Shown: positions 16,826 to 27,270 of the stretch, piece after piece
Position numbering within the stretch: position 1 is the first letter of the stretch
Layout of the letters: the number at the start of each line of letters is the position of its first letter
IMG/VR virus record: IMGVR_UViG_3300020406_000804
Location: 1-64,000 of that record
DNA: 64,000 nucleotides
Origin: a virus
Strand: one strand, 5' to 3'
Translations under genes and position numbers: made by a program
Notes under the pieces: model-generated
The model's database searches: none
Seen by the model: only the letters and a program-made list of their open reading frames with translations
What the model was told of the DNA's origin: nothing

Positions 16826-18088
16826 ATGAACAAAAAAAAGATATTAGTAATCTCCGATTCCCCATTAGTTCCTTCGGGGGTTGGTACGCAAACAAAATAT
16901 ATGATAGAAGCTCTTTTGGCCACAGGTAAATATAGTTTTTTCTGTTTAGCCGGAGCCATGAAGCACAAAGACTACAGAGTTATGACGGTTGACCCTTATG
17001 GAGAAGACTGGAAGATAAAACCTGTTGATGGCTATGGTGATCAGAACTTAATCCGTGCGATTCTTAGAGATTTTCGACCTGATGTTGTGTGGTTTATGAC
17101 AGATCCTAGATTTTACATCTGGCTTTGGGAGATAGAAAATGAAATAAGAAAAAATGTACCAATGGTATATTATCATGTCTGGGATAATTATCCTTATCCA
17201 ACTTTTAATAAAGAATATTATGAATCCAATGATCTCATATGTACAATAAGCAAGGTTACAGATGACATTGTAAAGAATGTATCACCAGATGTTAAAAGTA
17301 TTCGAATACCTCATGCTGTTGATACCGAAATCTTTAAAAATAAAAAACAAGACCCCGAAACAAATAAATTTAGAAAGATGGTTACTGGAGAAGAGAATAA
17401 AGATAAGCTTGTATTTTTTTGGAACAATAGAAACGCCCGACGTAAGCAATCCGGAACTTTAATTTTCTGGTTCAAAGAATATCTAGATATTGTTGGCCAC
17501 GACAAAGCATGTTTAGTTATGCACACAGAACCACACGACCAAGCCGGCCAAGACCTTCAGGCGATAATTAATCGTCTAGAACTTAATAGAAATCAAGTTT
17601 TGTTGTCAACAAAAAAGCTTTCACCCAAGAGTTTAGCAAGCTTATATTCAGCAGCTGATTGTACAATAAACATTTCCGATGCTGAAGGTTTTGGCCTTTC
17701 TACTCTAGAGTCTTTAGCCTGCGAGACACCCATTATTGTGAATATGACCGGCGGACTGCAAGAGCAGGTTACGGATGGAAAAGAGTGGTTTGGTTTTGGC
17801 ATCAAGCCCTGTTCACGAGCTATAATAGGCTCTCAGGATGTACCCTGGATATATGAAGACAGAATTTCAAAAGAAGACTTTATTGAAGTTATGGTTAAGT
17901 TCACTAACTTCACAGCAGAACAAAGGAAAAAAATAGGTCAAAAAGCAAGAAGCCATGTTCTTCAAAATTATGGATTTGATAGTTTCTGCAAACAATGGCA
18001 AGATACAATAGAAGCCTTGATCGATGAGCATGGATCTTGGGAAGAAAGAAAAAATTATAAAAGCTGGAAATTAGAGGAAATAAAATGA
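16826..18088 (+). CDS. GT-B (family 4-like) glycosyltransferase
   Basis: SDSPLVPSGVG, NRNARRK, AEGFGLSTLES, TGGLQEQ. Confidence 0.9.
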   Translation: MNKKKILVISDSPLVPSGVGTQTKYMIEALLATGKYSFFCLAGAMKHKDYRVMTVDPYGEDWKIKPVDGYGDQNLIRAILRDFRPDVVWFMTDPRFYIWLWEIENEIRKNVPMVYYHVWDNYPYPTFNKEYYESNDLICTISKVTDDIVKNVSPDVKSIRIPHAVDTEIFKNKKQDPETNKFRKMVTGEENKDKLVFFWNNRNARRKQSGTLIFWFKEYLDIVGHDKACLVMHTEPHDQAGQDLQAIINRLELNRNQVLLSTKKLSPKSLASLYSAADCTINISDAEGFGLSTLESLACETPIIVNMTGGLQEQVTDGKEWFGFGIKPCSRAIIGSQDVPWIYEDRISKEDFIEVMVKFTNFTAEQRKKIGQKARSHVLQNYGFDSFCKQWQDTIEALIDEHGSWEERKNYKSWKLEEIK

Positions 18089-19410
18089 TCAAAGTATTAC
18101 TAGAAGGCCCAATACTAACAAGATCAGGGTACGGCGAACATACAAGATTAATATTTAAATCAATTTATAATATTGATAATTTTATTATTCACATAAACCC
18201 GCTTCAATGGGGTCAGACCGGGTGGATATCAGAGCAAGATACGGAACTGTATAATGAAATTCAGATGGCCATTAATAACTTTGCAAACTATGAACAAGAA
18301 ACTAGTGGTCAAAATTCTTTGAAATATCATTTACAAATTCAAGTAGGAATTTTAAGTGAGTTTGTAAAAAAAGGTGAAAAGTCAATCTGCGTTACTGCAG
18401 GTATAGAGACGGACAGAGTTTCTTTAGATTGGTTATTGAAAACTCATGCTAGAACAATTGATCCAATTAGAAAAGAAAGAACTTTTGGTGTTGATAAGGT
18501 TATAGTTCCTTCAAACCATGCAAAGTATGGATTTGAAACTACATTTGCTAAATTCAATTTCGAAGGGCGCCCAATGGAAGTAGGCTTAGGGTGCCCTGTT
18601 GACGTAATATCCTATCCAGTTAAAAACATTGAAGCAAAAAATATAGACTTTTCTTTGGAAACTGATTTTAATTTTTTAACTGTTGGCTTACTTGGCCCTA
18701 GAAAAAATATAGAAGAAAGTTTAATTTGGTTTTTAGAAGAATTTAAAGACGATCCTAACGTTGGCTTTATAATAAAAACAGGCTATAAAAGTGGATCTAA
18801 TTTAGATAGAGTTGCAACCAAAAAATATTTAAAAACTATTTTAGAAAAACATAAAGATAAAAAATGCAAGGTTTATTTGCTCCATGGAGACTTGACGGAT
18901 GAAGAATTGCATAGCCTATATTTAAGAGAAGATGTTAAAGGCTATGTAACAACGACAAGAGGTGAAGGCTTCGGTCTTCCGTTGTTTGAGGCCGCATACA
19001 GTGGGTTGCCAATTATCGCAACAGATTGGTCTGGACATTTAGATTTTCTTTCTGCTCCTTATACAAACAAAGGAAAAATAAAAAACAAGAAGCTTTTTTT
19101 AAGAGTTGATTATAAACTAAAAGAGATACATAAATCTGTTATCTGGAATAATATTCTAGTGGAAGGTTCCAAATGGGCATACTGCGTAGAACAGTCTTTT
19201 AAAAGACAGATGAGAGAACTATATAAAAACACCGGATTACATAAGAAGAGAGCTATGCAACTTAAGAAGCACATACAAAAAGAACTGAAAGAGGAAAAGA
19301 TACTGAAAGAAGTTAGAGGTTCTATACTCGGAGAATCTGCAGAATCCTTTGTTGCTTCTGATAAAGACTTGGCATGGAGAAGAGAGTTATCAAGGATAGA
19401 GCTTTTATGA
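18085..19410 (+). CDS. GT-B (family 4-like) glycosyltransferase
   Basis: SGYGEH, PRKNI, GEGFGLPLFEA, TDWSGHLDF. Confidence 0.9.
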   Translation: MIKVLLEGPILTRSGYGEHTRLIFKSIYNIDNFIIHINPLQWGQTGWISEQDTELYNEIQMAINNFANYEQETSGQNSLKYHLQIQVGILSEFVKKGEKSICVTAGIETDRVSLDWLLKTHARTIDPIRKERTFGVDKVIVPSNHAKYGFETTFAKFNFEGRPMEVGLGCPVDVISYPVKNIEAKNIDFSLETDFNFLTVGLLGPRKNIEESLIWFLEEFKDDPNVGFIIKTGYKSGSNLDRVATKKYLKTILEKHKDKKCKVYLLHGDLTDEELHSLYLREDVKGYVTTTRGEGFGLPLFEAAYSGLPIIATDWSGHLDFLSAPYTNKGKIKNKKLFLRVDYKLKEIHKSVIWNNILVEGSKWAYCVEQSFKRQMRELYKNTGLHKKRAMQLKKHIQKELKEEKILKEVRGSILGESAESFVASDKDLAWRRELSRIELL

Positions 19411-20291
19411 AAAAAATTATTATTATTTCTGATTTATTTAAAGAAGATTATGAATCGGCCAAAGCACCCTGCGGAGGTGCAGAATTAAACGATCATATTC
19501 TATTTTCTTTTCTAGAAGACAAGGGCATAGTTAAACACAAGATTCATTCAAATGAGTTCGAAACTAATCAGATGATTAGCTTTTTTGATTTAAATAAAGA
19601 TTGTTTATACTTAATAAGTAATTTCTCAAATCTACATTTTAGAGCCGCGGCATTTCTACAAAAAAATTGTAAATATATTATTTACGAACATGATTATAAG
19701 TTTCATAAGTATAGAAATCCATTAAGATATACAAATTTTATCGTGCCAAAAGACGAAATTATAAATCTAAATTTTTATAAATCAGCAGAAAAAGTCATAT
19801 GTTTGAGCAAGCTCCATCATGATATATTTTTAAATAATTTAAGCCTAGAAAATTTACACAATACAACTTGTAGTTTGTGGAGTGATGAAACTTTAGAATA
19901 TATTGAGAATATTTTAGAAACAAAAAAGAATAATAAACTCGCAATAGTTAATTCAGAGAACCCAATAAAAAGAAGAGATGATTGTATAAGATATTGTCAA
20001 AAAAATAAAATTAATTTTGATTTAATTTCATCTCCTGATTATAATAATTTTTTGTCATTATTGTCAAAATATGAAGGAATAGTAATTCTCCCTGGCCATC
20101 CCGAGCCAACCCCCAGGGTAGCAGTAGAGGCAAAGATGCTAAACTGTAAAATATATTCAAATAAAAAGAGCCTTGGTATTGCCAGCGAAGAATGGTTCAA
20201 TTTAAACGGAAAAGAACTAATAGAAGAGGTAAAAAATATAAGGGAAAGATTTTTTAGATATATGGAAAAGGAGATATTAAATGAAATATAA
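19407..20291 (+). CDS. glycosyltransferase-like protein (degenerate GT-B)
   Basis: GGAELND, YEHDYKF, PEPTPRVAVEAKMLNC; ATGA coupling to the upstream gene. Confidence 0.65.
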   Translation: MKKIIIISDLFKEDYESAKAPCGGAELNDHILFSFLEDKGIVKHKIHSNEFETNQMISFFDLNKDCLYLISNFSNLHFRAAAFLQKNCKYIIYEHDYKFHKYRNPLRYTNFIVPKDEIINLNFYKSAEKVICLSKLHHDIFLNNLSLENLHNTTCSLWSDETLEYIENILETKKNNKLAIVNSENPIKRRDDCIRYCQKNKINFDLISSPDYNNFLSLLSKYEGIVILPGHPEPTPRVAVEAKMLNCKIYSNKKSLGIASEEWFNLNGKELIEEVKNIRERFFRYMEKEILNEI

Positions 20292-21081
20292 TATTTTTAC
20301 TGTTTTAAACGAGGCATATGAAAAGTTTGGAATTTTGTTTGTAAGCTCCGCAATAGATAGATTAAACTTAGATAAGATTGAAAATATTTTTATATACGAT
20401 ACTGGCCTTACAGAAAAAACTATAAGCAAACTTAAATTATTTGAAAAAGTAAAAATTATTGAGAGTGGACTGTCGGTACCGAAATCGGAGGGTAAATTAC
20501 ATGACGCCGCATGGCAAAAAATTGTTTATTCAAAAGCAAATTTACTCAAACACTGTGTTGAGAGTCAAGATAACTTTTTACCAACAGCTATGATTGATAT
20601 AGATAGCATTTTTGTTCAAGAGTTCTACGATCTGATAGACGTGAAAAGCGATTTAACTTTATGCAGAAGATCTACTCGCGGCAGAGGACACAACCACCAG
20701 GCAAAATCATCTCATATAGGTAGCTTCTTTTCTGTTAACCAAAGAAATGAAAAAACAATAAATTTTCTAGAAAATTGGGTCTCACAAATAGAGAAGACAG
20801 CAGGGGTCGCTACTACTATAATCAAAGATGAACAAGGTAATCCTGAAGAAAAATATATGTTTCAACCAAAAGAGTCCCCGGCTCTTAGCCATGTTTACCA
20901 AGAACTAAAAGAAGAACTAAAAATTTCAGAAATTGCAGAGCCAATAATTTCAAATATAGAGCCCTTGCCGCCTAGAGAGGCAAGAATATATCATTTAAAG
21001 TCGGATGCTCAATGGCCAACGATAGAGTCTAGAGTTTTTCAGCCCCGTGCCTCATTTTATAGTAAAAGGTACTTTTTGTAG
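20281..21081 (+). CDS. putative nucleotide-diphospho-sugar transferase (GT-A)
   Basis: IYDTGL, MIDIDSIF (DxD), cluster context. Confidence 0.6.
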   Translation: MKYNIFTVLNEAYEKFGILFVSSAIDRLNLDKIENIFIYDTGLTEKTISKLKLFEKVKIIESGLSVPKSEGKLHDAAWQKIVYSKANLLKHCVESQDNFLPTAMIDIDSIFVQEFYDLIDVKSDLTLCRRSTRGRGHNHQAKSSHIGSFFSVNQRNEKTINFLENWVSQIEKTAGVATTIIKDEQGNPEEKYMFQPKESPALSHVYQELKEELKISEIAEPIISNIEPLPPREARIYHLKSDAQWPTIESRVFQPRASFYSKRYFL

Positions 21082-21082
21082 C

Positions 21083-21835
21083 ATGAAAAGTAAAAATTTA
21101 ATTATCTATGTTTTGGTTGGTATGAGGGACTTTTCTAAGCTAATAGAATCAATAAAGATAGCTAGAAGCTTTAACTATGATATTGATATAAAAGTTTATC
21201 ACGATTGTGACAAAAGTCTTATAGAAGAATCTTTAGATACTTATAGCGTACAATATAGAAAATATAAAAGAAAAAAATATCCAATTCGAGAAGAGAACAG
21301 GAACAGCAGCTTATGGCGTCTTGTCTCTATTCTAGAAAACAAAGATAAGTACGAATCCATACTATACTTAGATAATGATATTTTTATCGTTCATAAAGGC
21401 TTTTTTGAAGGCTTTGATATAAGCAAAAACTTTGGTATTTGTATGGTTCAAAATCCTAGAATGTTTATTAAAACTTACGAAGGGAACATCGGAGATTTAG
21501 ATATTGGAACGGATGTCTTGCCATTTGATAAAATGTTTGTTACAGATATGCCAAGTTATATGACTTCTTATAATATGGGAGTTATGTTTTATAGCAATAC
21601 AGAAAAAAGTTCAGATTTTTTAGCTGAGCTTTTATGGGAGCAGCAAAATAATCCTTCACGAGGCCAAGCAGGGCTGTATAGAACAATATGGAAGACAAAA
21701 TTAGCACCCTATTGCCTACCAATTAATTGGCTTGTTTGCAAGAAGCACGCCAATATTGATAATCCACTATCTTTACATGTAGGTCACGGAAACGTGTTTA
21801 AAAGGTGGTTAGAGGAATATAAAGTTGTCATTTAA
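21083..21835 (+). CDS. putative GT-A (GT8-like) glycosyltransferase
   Basis: ILYLDNDIF (DxD), YNMGVMF, LPINW, LHVGH. Confidence 0.65.
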   Translation: MKSKNLIIYVLVGMRDFSKLIESIKIARSFNYDIDIKVYHDCDKSLIEESLDTYSVQYRKYKRKKYPIREENRNSSLWRLVSILENKDKYESILYLDNDIFIVHKGFFEGFDISKNFGICMVQNPRMFIKTYEGNIGDLDIGTDVLPFDKMFVTDMPSYMTSYNMGVMFYSNTEKSSDFLAELLWEQQNNPSRGQAGLYRTIWKTKLAPYCLPINWLVCKKHANIDNPLSLHVGHGNVFKRWLEEYKVVI

Positions 21836-22817
21836 TTTTTATGAAATAGGCTCTTATTGGCGCCCATATGAATTGGAATCTGCAAAAAAATACTTTGGAG
21901 AGATAACTAAAGATTTTAAAAAAACAGATTTATTAATATGCAGAAATAATACAGAGTGTATGTCTAGCAATACATTATCTCAAGCCATAAATTTAGAAAA
22001 AATATTTTTACATGAAAATAAAAATGGCAAAATTATAAATCCGTCACTAAAATATAAATATTCAAATAATAAAGATGAATGTTTTTCAAAGTGGGATCTG
22101 CATAAAATTCCACATCCAAAATGTAGGATAATAAACCACAGGAAAGATTTAGAAAATATACATTTTCCATATTTGTTGAGGCTAAATGACGGAGTTACCG
22201 GAGAAGATACTTTTTTGATTGAAAGTATTAGCGACATTGATAATGCGTGGCTAAAATTAGAAAAATCCCTAGCAGAAAAAAGTAGAATCAACACAAAAAT
22301 AATCTCAGTTGACTTTATAGATACTAAAACTGCTGATGGATTTAACATATCTTATAGGATTATAGTATCTGGCAAGAAAGTGGTTTGCGGCTATGCCAGG
22401 ATTAGTGATGATTGGCTAGCTATAACTAAACAATTCACAGAAGATAAAAAAGAGGCATTTATAAGAGAAAATAAAAAACTTGCCAAAATTATCGATAAGA
22501 ATAGAGACACGCTAGTAAAGGCAGTAGAGGTGGTGGGCCACCATCATGTAGGAATTGATGCAATTCCAGATCAAAGTGGAAATCTGCACTTGCTAGAGAT
22601 ACAACCATTTTATTTTTGCGGAGATACTAGAAGGACCTCTGGTCCATTTTGGAATCCGTATAAGCCAAAAATATTAGTAGATTGGCTAATAAATGATAAG
22701 AATAATCTTGAAAAAGAAATACCAGAGTATTATAATAGGTGGTTAGACAAAAAAGCGCATTTCGATTTTTGTTATAAATCCTTGAAAGAGAGCCTATTAG
22801 ATGTTCGGTCCGAATAG
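21825..22817 (+). CDS. ATP-grasp fold ligase (RimK-like)
   Basis: FPYLLRLNDGVTG, SYRIIV, VGIDAI, LLEIQP; paralog of 23648-24700. Confidence 0.7.
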   Translation: MSFNFYEIGSYWRPYELESAKKYFGEITKDFKKTDLLICRNNTECMSSNTLSQAINLEKIFLHENKNGKIINPSLKYKYSNNKDECFSKWDLHKIPHPKCRIINHRKDLENIHFPYLLRLNDGVTGEDTFLIESISDIDNAWLKLEKSLAEKSRINTKIISVDFIDTKTADGFNISYRIIVSGKKVVCGYARISDDWLAITKQFTEDKKEAFIRENKKLAKIIDKNRDTLVKAVEVVGHHHVGIDAIPDQSGNLHLLEIQPFYFCGDTRRTSGPFWNPYKPKILVDWLINDKNNLEKEIPEYYNRWLDKKAHFDFCYKSLKESLLDVRSE

Positions 22818-23664
22818 CATATCCGAATTCTCATATGACATGAGATATTCTCATAGAACTAATAAATTTAAAAATTTATATAAAAATTGCAAAGAGTTGA
22901 TTTTAAAAAAATTTGATTTATCAGAATATGATTTAATTTTCGCTCCTGGATCTGGAACGACAGGAATGGAAATAGTAATATCTTCCTTGAAAGATAAAAT
23001 ACAAGTTACTGGAAATGAAGGTAAGTTTAAAACAAGGTGGTTTGAATATGCAAAGAACAATGATAAGTATAATAAAAATTCTAATTTAAATTTATTTTGC
23101 CAACTAGAGACATCTACTGGAGAAGTGCATTATGAGGAAGCGGGAATTGTCGATGCAATATCTTCTTTTCCATATTATAAAATACCGAAAGATACAAAAT
23201 GTTTTGTAACATGCAGTAACAAACAACTAGGAGCATTTCCTGGCTTAGCATTGATATTTGTAAGAAAAGATAGTTGGAACATATTTGAAAAAAAAGATTA
23301 TTTTTGCACAAAAGATATAATGCTTTACAAAAAATATTCAGAAGAAAACCAGACACCAACCACATGCCCAGTCCAAATATTTTCTCAACTTAAAAAAGTT
23401 TTAAAATCTTTTAATGTTAAAAGTCATAGAAAAAAAATTAATAAAAATTGTGACATGGTCTCTAGCACCGTTAAGATAAATAATGACATGCCGTGTCCTG
23501 TTATAAACTTTTCAAAAAAAGAGATACCAAAAAAAATAGCTTTTAAATATGAGTTATATAATCACAATAATGAAAAAAAGATATATCAAATTTTCTCATA
23601 TTCAAATAAAACAAAAAAATACAAACAACTTCTGAAAGATATTAAAAATGCGAAACGTTATTAA
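22801..23664 (+). CDS. class V PLP-dependent aminotransferase (PhnW/SerC-like)
   Basis: SHR, GSGTTGME, ETSTG, VDAISS, CSNKQLGAFPGLA, QTPTT. Confidence 0.75.
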   Translation: MFGPNSISEFSYDMRYSHRTNKFKNLYKNCKELILKKFDLSEYDLIFAPGSGTTGMEIVISSLKDKIQVTGNEGKFKTRWFEYAKNNDKYNKNSNLNLFCQLETSTGEVHYEEAGIVDAISSFPYYKIPKDTKCFVTCSNKQLGAFPGLALIFVRKDSWNIFEKKDYFCTKDIMLYKKYSEENQTPTTCPVQIFSQLKKVLKSFNVKSHRKKINKNCDMVSSTVKINNDMPCPVINFSKKEIPKKIAFKYELYNHNNEKKIYQIFSYSNKTKKYKQLLKDIKNAKRY

Positions 23665-24700
23665 TATAACCTCACCAGGTACAAGGTGGAGAGTTTATGA
23701 AAAAGAGTGCTTAGAAAAACATTTCGGACCAGTAATTGATTTGCAATTAGGCGATCTTGAAAAATCTAAAAAAATATCTAAACTATCCTCAAGGGAAACA
23801 GTGATTTTTTGGAGGCTGAATTCAGATAGTATAACAAGAGAAGAATTAGATTTAGCGCTATTACAAAGAGAAATTTTTAAAAATTTAAATATGATAAATG
23901 ATCCCGCTAATCATCTTCACATACATGCTAAAGAAAGTGCATTTAAAGAGTGGAACAATGAAAAAATTTCAATTCCTGAATTTCAAGAGTTTGAGAAAAA
24001 AGAAGACATAAAATTAAAATTTCCTTACCTTATAAGATTAAATAATCAAGTTACAGGGCATAGTTCTTTTCTTGTAAACAATAGAGCCGAGTTAGATTCA
24101 AATTTCAAAATTTTAGAAAATGATTTTAAAAGCTCAATCTTGCAAAAGCCATTTACAAAAAAAATAGCAGTAAAATTTATCAATGCATCAAAAGAGGATA
24201 ATAAATATAACCTTTCCTACAGAGTTATTGTCTCTGGAGATAAAGTCGTAACAGGGTACGCAAGACTAAGCCCATCTTCAGACTGGGTTGCAATAACAGG
24301 AAAGTTTGATATATCTATGGGAGATTTATTTATTAAATACCAAGAAAGGTGTCAAAAAATGATAGAAACTCACCATGATGAAATTGTTCGGGCTGTAAAG
24401 TCAATAGGGATGAATCTTCAAGGAGTAGACATAATAGAGGACCAAGAAGAGAAAATATACTTCTTAGAGTGCCAGCCAGGATTTTCTACTGGATACTCCG
24501 ACTGGCCTGCACCATTTTATAACCCTCATCAAAGAGACCTAGTTGATTTTATTTTACAAAATAGGAATAAGTTTAAAACTAGGTGCTCTTTATATTATAA
24601 TAAGTGGTTGAATAAGTATAATTTATTTAACAATATTTTTAAAAATTTAAAAGACACCTTTGATAATAGGCAAAACGAAAGGAATTTAAAAGATGTATGA
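23648..24700 (+). CDS. ATP-grasp fold ligase (RimK-like)
   Basis: FPYLIRLNNQVTG, SYRVIV, QGVDII, FLECQP. Confidence 0.7.
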   Translation: MRNVINITSPGTRWRVYEKECLEKHFGPVIDLQLGDLEKSKKISKLSSRETVIFWRLNSDSITREELDLALLQREIFKNLNMINDPANHLHIHAKESAFKEWNNEKISIPEFQEFEKKEDIKLKFPYLIRLNNQVTGHSSFLVNNRAELDSNFKILENDFKSSILQKPFTKKIAVKFINASKEDNKYNLSYRVIVSGDKVVTGYARLSPSSDWVAITGKFDISMGDLFIKYQERCQKMIETHHDEIVRAVKSIGMNLQGVDIIEDQEEKIYFLECQPGFSTGYSDWPAPFYNPHQRDLVDFILQNRNKFKTRCSLYYNKWLNKYNLFNNIFKNLKDTFDNRQNERNLKDV

Positions 24701-25382
24701 TGATAACTACATCTTGCCAAATGACAAGACAATAGGTTTTATGAGGCAAGACAATATGCAATGGTGGAGAACCATTGGAAAATACTCAGAAGAACCAAAA
24801 AAAAGAATGCTGATATATACTAAATTTTTAAGCAACATTAGAAATAACGTACCAGGATTTAAGATTTCAAATTATAAGAAAAAAATTGTTGGTGAAGCAT
24901 GCGGTGGTCCGTATGGGGGAATAGTTGATCAACTTTATCCCGATGAGGAAAAATATCAAATAGACATTTTTGCAGATGATTTCTCACAAATGGGCTGGAC
25001 TAGGCAAAACGGCTCTAAAACACACTGGATTGCATCACCATGTGAAAAAATTGATTTAGAAGATAATTCCTTAGATGTTCTCTTTGCTTTTAACTCTATA
25101 GATCATGGCTGGGATGTAGAAAAATCAATAAAAGAGTGTGTTAGGGTTTCCCGAGAATGTTGCATAAATTTCGACACAAACAGATATAAAGTTCCTGGTT
25201 ACCCTGATTTAAATCACTATCAAGTTGTAGATTATGATAAAGTAGCTGCTTTTTTGGATAAAAACTTTTTAAACGATAGTTATGATTTTGCAAGGTGGTA
25301 CTGGGATACCCCTGTGCCTGGTACTGATGGGAGAAAGCACTGGGTAAGAGTTTTAGAATTTTTTGTGAGAAAGAAAAAATAA
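24693..25382 (+). CDS. SAM-dependent methyltransferase-like protein
   Basis: GEACGGPYGG, EKIDLEDNSLDVLFAFNSIDH, ECVRV. Confidence 0.65.
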   Translation: MYDDNYILPNDKTIGFMRQDNMQWWRTIGKYSEEPKKRMLIYTKFLSNIRNNVPGFKISNYKKKIVGEACGGPYGGIVDQLYPDEEKYQIDIFADDFSQMGWTRQNGSKTHWIASPCEKIDLEDNSLDVLFAFNSIDHGWDVEKSIKECVRVSRECCINFDTNRYKVPGYPDLNHYQVVDYDKVAAFLDKNFLNDSYDFARWYWDTPVPGTDGRKHWVRVLEFFVRKKK

Positions 25383-25385
25383 AAT

Positions 25386-26066
25386 ATGAATATTGAAAAC
25401 TGGCTAAAAGAAAACCGAAAGAAGACACTCTACAGCGAAGTAAAAAAGTATGCAACTGATGAAGTTCATGCAAAGGGATATAGAGAGTCGGACCCTCAAG
25501 CCCTTGAAGATCCTGTGTGGCACACTTATGCGGATATTATTAAGAAATTGTGCAATAAGTTTGATAGAAAAATAAATGCACTTGATGTTGGGTGTGGCAC
25601 AGGAAGATTTTTTTGTGCACTTGAAAATGTAAAAGAGCTGCACGGAATCGATCTCTCAGGTCCCATGCTTGAGCATGCAAGGAATCCAGTTAAAGGAGAT
25701 ATCGTAAAGAAAAACGTAGAGCAGATTATTTTACACCATGCACCCATCTACGATATTGAAAAGCTGTTTGAGCCCAAAAAATTTGATTTTGTTTTTTCGA
25801 TTGGGACAATGAATGAATATGGGGATACATCAATGGCAACCACATCTTTTTTTAATGTGCTAGACAATGTAACCACCGACGATGGGTTTATCTTTTTATC
25901 TTGCCACCCGCAGGGTGGCCACTGGGGACACCCAGATCGAATTATAGAAGAGTTTCAAAAATCAACTCTTACACAAGATTGTCAAATTAAAACTTATCGT
26001 ATACAAGATATTAAATCTAATAAATTTTGTTTAGAGATCGAAAAAGGTGTAGCGTTTAAAAAGTGA
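25386..26066 (+). CDS. class I SAM-dependent methyltransferase
   Basis: ALDVGCGTG, GIDLSGPML, KFDFV. Confidence 0.88.
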   Translation: MNIENWLKENRKKTLYSEVKKYATDEVHAKGYRESDPQALEDPVWHTYADIIKKLCNKFDRKINALDVGCGTGRFFCALENVKELHGIDLSGPMLEHARNPVKGDIVKKNVEQIILHHAPIYDIEKLFEPKKFDFVFSIGTMNEYGDTSMATTSFFNVLDNVTTDDGFIFLSCHPQGGHWGHPDRIIEEFQKSTLTQDCQIKTYRIQDIKSNKFCLEIEKGVAFKK

Positions 26067-26593
26067 AAAAAAAGAAACTTTACTGCGATATAGATAGTAC
26101 GATAAATAATCACTGGGTGAGAATTCAAAGATGGGCTTTGCCTACGTTTCCAGGTACCTCCATTGATCAAAGGGCATTTACCAAAGAAGAGATAATGAAA
26201 GACTCACCTCTTCCAGATTCTCTAGACGCTATAAAAAAACTATCTAAGTTTTATGAAATACATTTTTTAACAGCTAGAAATTTTTTTAATGCTTATGATA
26301 TTACAAAAGAGTGGCTAGAATTTCATAAATTTCCATATGATACAATAAATGTTGTTCGAAGTTCTCGCGAAAAACCTGGATTCTTACTAAAGTCAAGTTG
26401 TGATCTTTTTATAGATGATTTATCCGCCGGTCAAGAATTCGGTCCTTCTTATAAAAATTTATATACAGAAACAATAAGAGATTTAAATTTATTTAAAATA
26501 CCTTATGAAGTATTTAGTGATTCAAATAACTGGTCTAAAATTTTATCTAAATACTTGCCAAGACAAGAAAACAAGCATGAGGTTATAAAGTGA
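26063..26593 (+). CDS. HAD-family phosphatase (5'-nucleotidase-like)
   Basis: CDIDST, LTAR, TKEWL, LFIDD. Confidence 0.8.
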   Translation: MKKKKLYCDIDSTINNHWVRIQRWALPTFPGTSIDQRAFTKEEIMKDSPLPDSLDAIKKLSKFYEIHFLTARNFFNAYDITKEWLEFHKFPYDTINVVRSSREKPGFLLKSSCDLFIDDLSAGQEFGPSYKNLYTETIRDLNLFKIPYEVFSDSNNWSKILSKYLPRQENKHEVIK

Positions 26594-27240
26594 AAAAAGT
26601 TTTAATGGTTATGGCACACCCAGATGATGAAATCATATTTGGTTGGCCTATTTTTCAAGACGAATCAATTGAAAAAAAATTACTTATTTGTTCTTCTGAT
26701 GCCAACAACCCTACAAGGCAATGGTGCAAAGACCGAAAATTAGCATTAAAAAAAATTTGTGATAAGCACAACGTAAGTCTAACTTGTCTTGACTATGATT
26801 CTTCATTCTATAAAACTCAAACAAGAAGACCCACAGGGATCCCTAGGACGCCCATGGGCGACTCTGTGGCGCCTTTTAGATCTATGTGTAAAGATATAGA
26901 ACAAAATATTAAAATTCTTGAGAGAGACTGCGATTTTATATTTACACATAATCCATACGGAGAATATGGCCATTTGGACCACATTCTTTTATTTGATTTG
27001 GTTTTGAAGAACTCTAAAAAACCAATACTAATTACAGATATGAATTTGCCCTCAAATTGGGCTAGGTCTTACGCGCCTAGTAAAATTATGAAAAAACTGT
27101 TCTATAACAAAGAGTTTAAAAAAGATTTAAATATAGATTATAATAAATATAGCTTTATCAAAAAAGAATATGAAAAGGTCAACAGTTGGACCTGGGGAAG
27201 AGAAACACCGCAATCTTGTAATTTATTTATAATTGAGTAG
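26590..27240 (+). CDS. PIG-L/LmbE family N-deacetylase
   Basis: MAHPDDE, THNPYGEYGHLDH. Confidence 0.85.
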   Translation: MKKVLMVMAHPDDEIIFGWPIFQDESIEKKLLICSSDANNPTRQWCKDRKLALKKICDKHNVSLTCLDYDSSFYKTQTRRPTGIPRTPMGDSVAPFRSMCKDIEQNIKILERDCDFIFTHNPYGEYGHLDHILLFDLVLKNSKKPILITDMNLPSNWARSYAPSKIMKKLFYNKEFKKDLNIDYNKYSFIKKEYEKVNSWTWGRETPQSCNLFIIE

Positions 27241-27270
27241 TGTCCAAGAAAAGTAGGAAAGTTTAAAAAA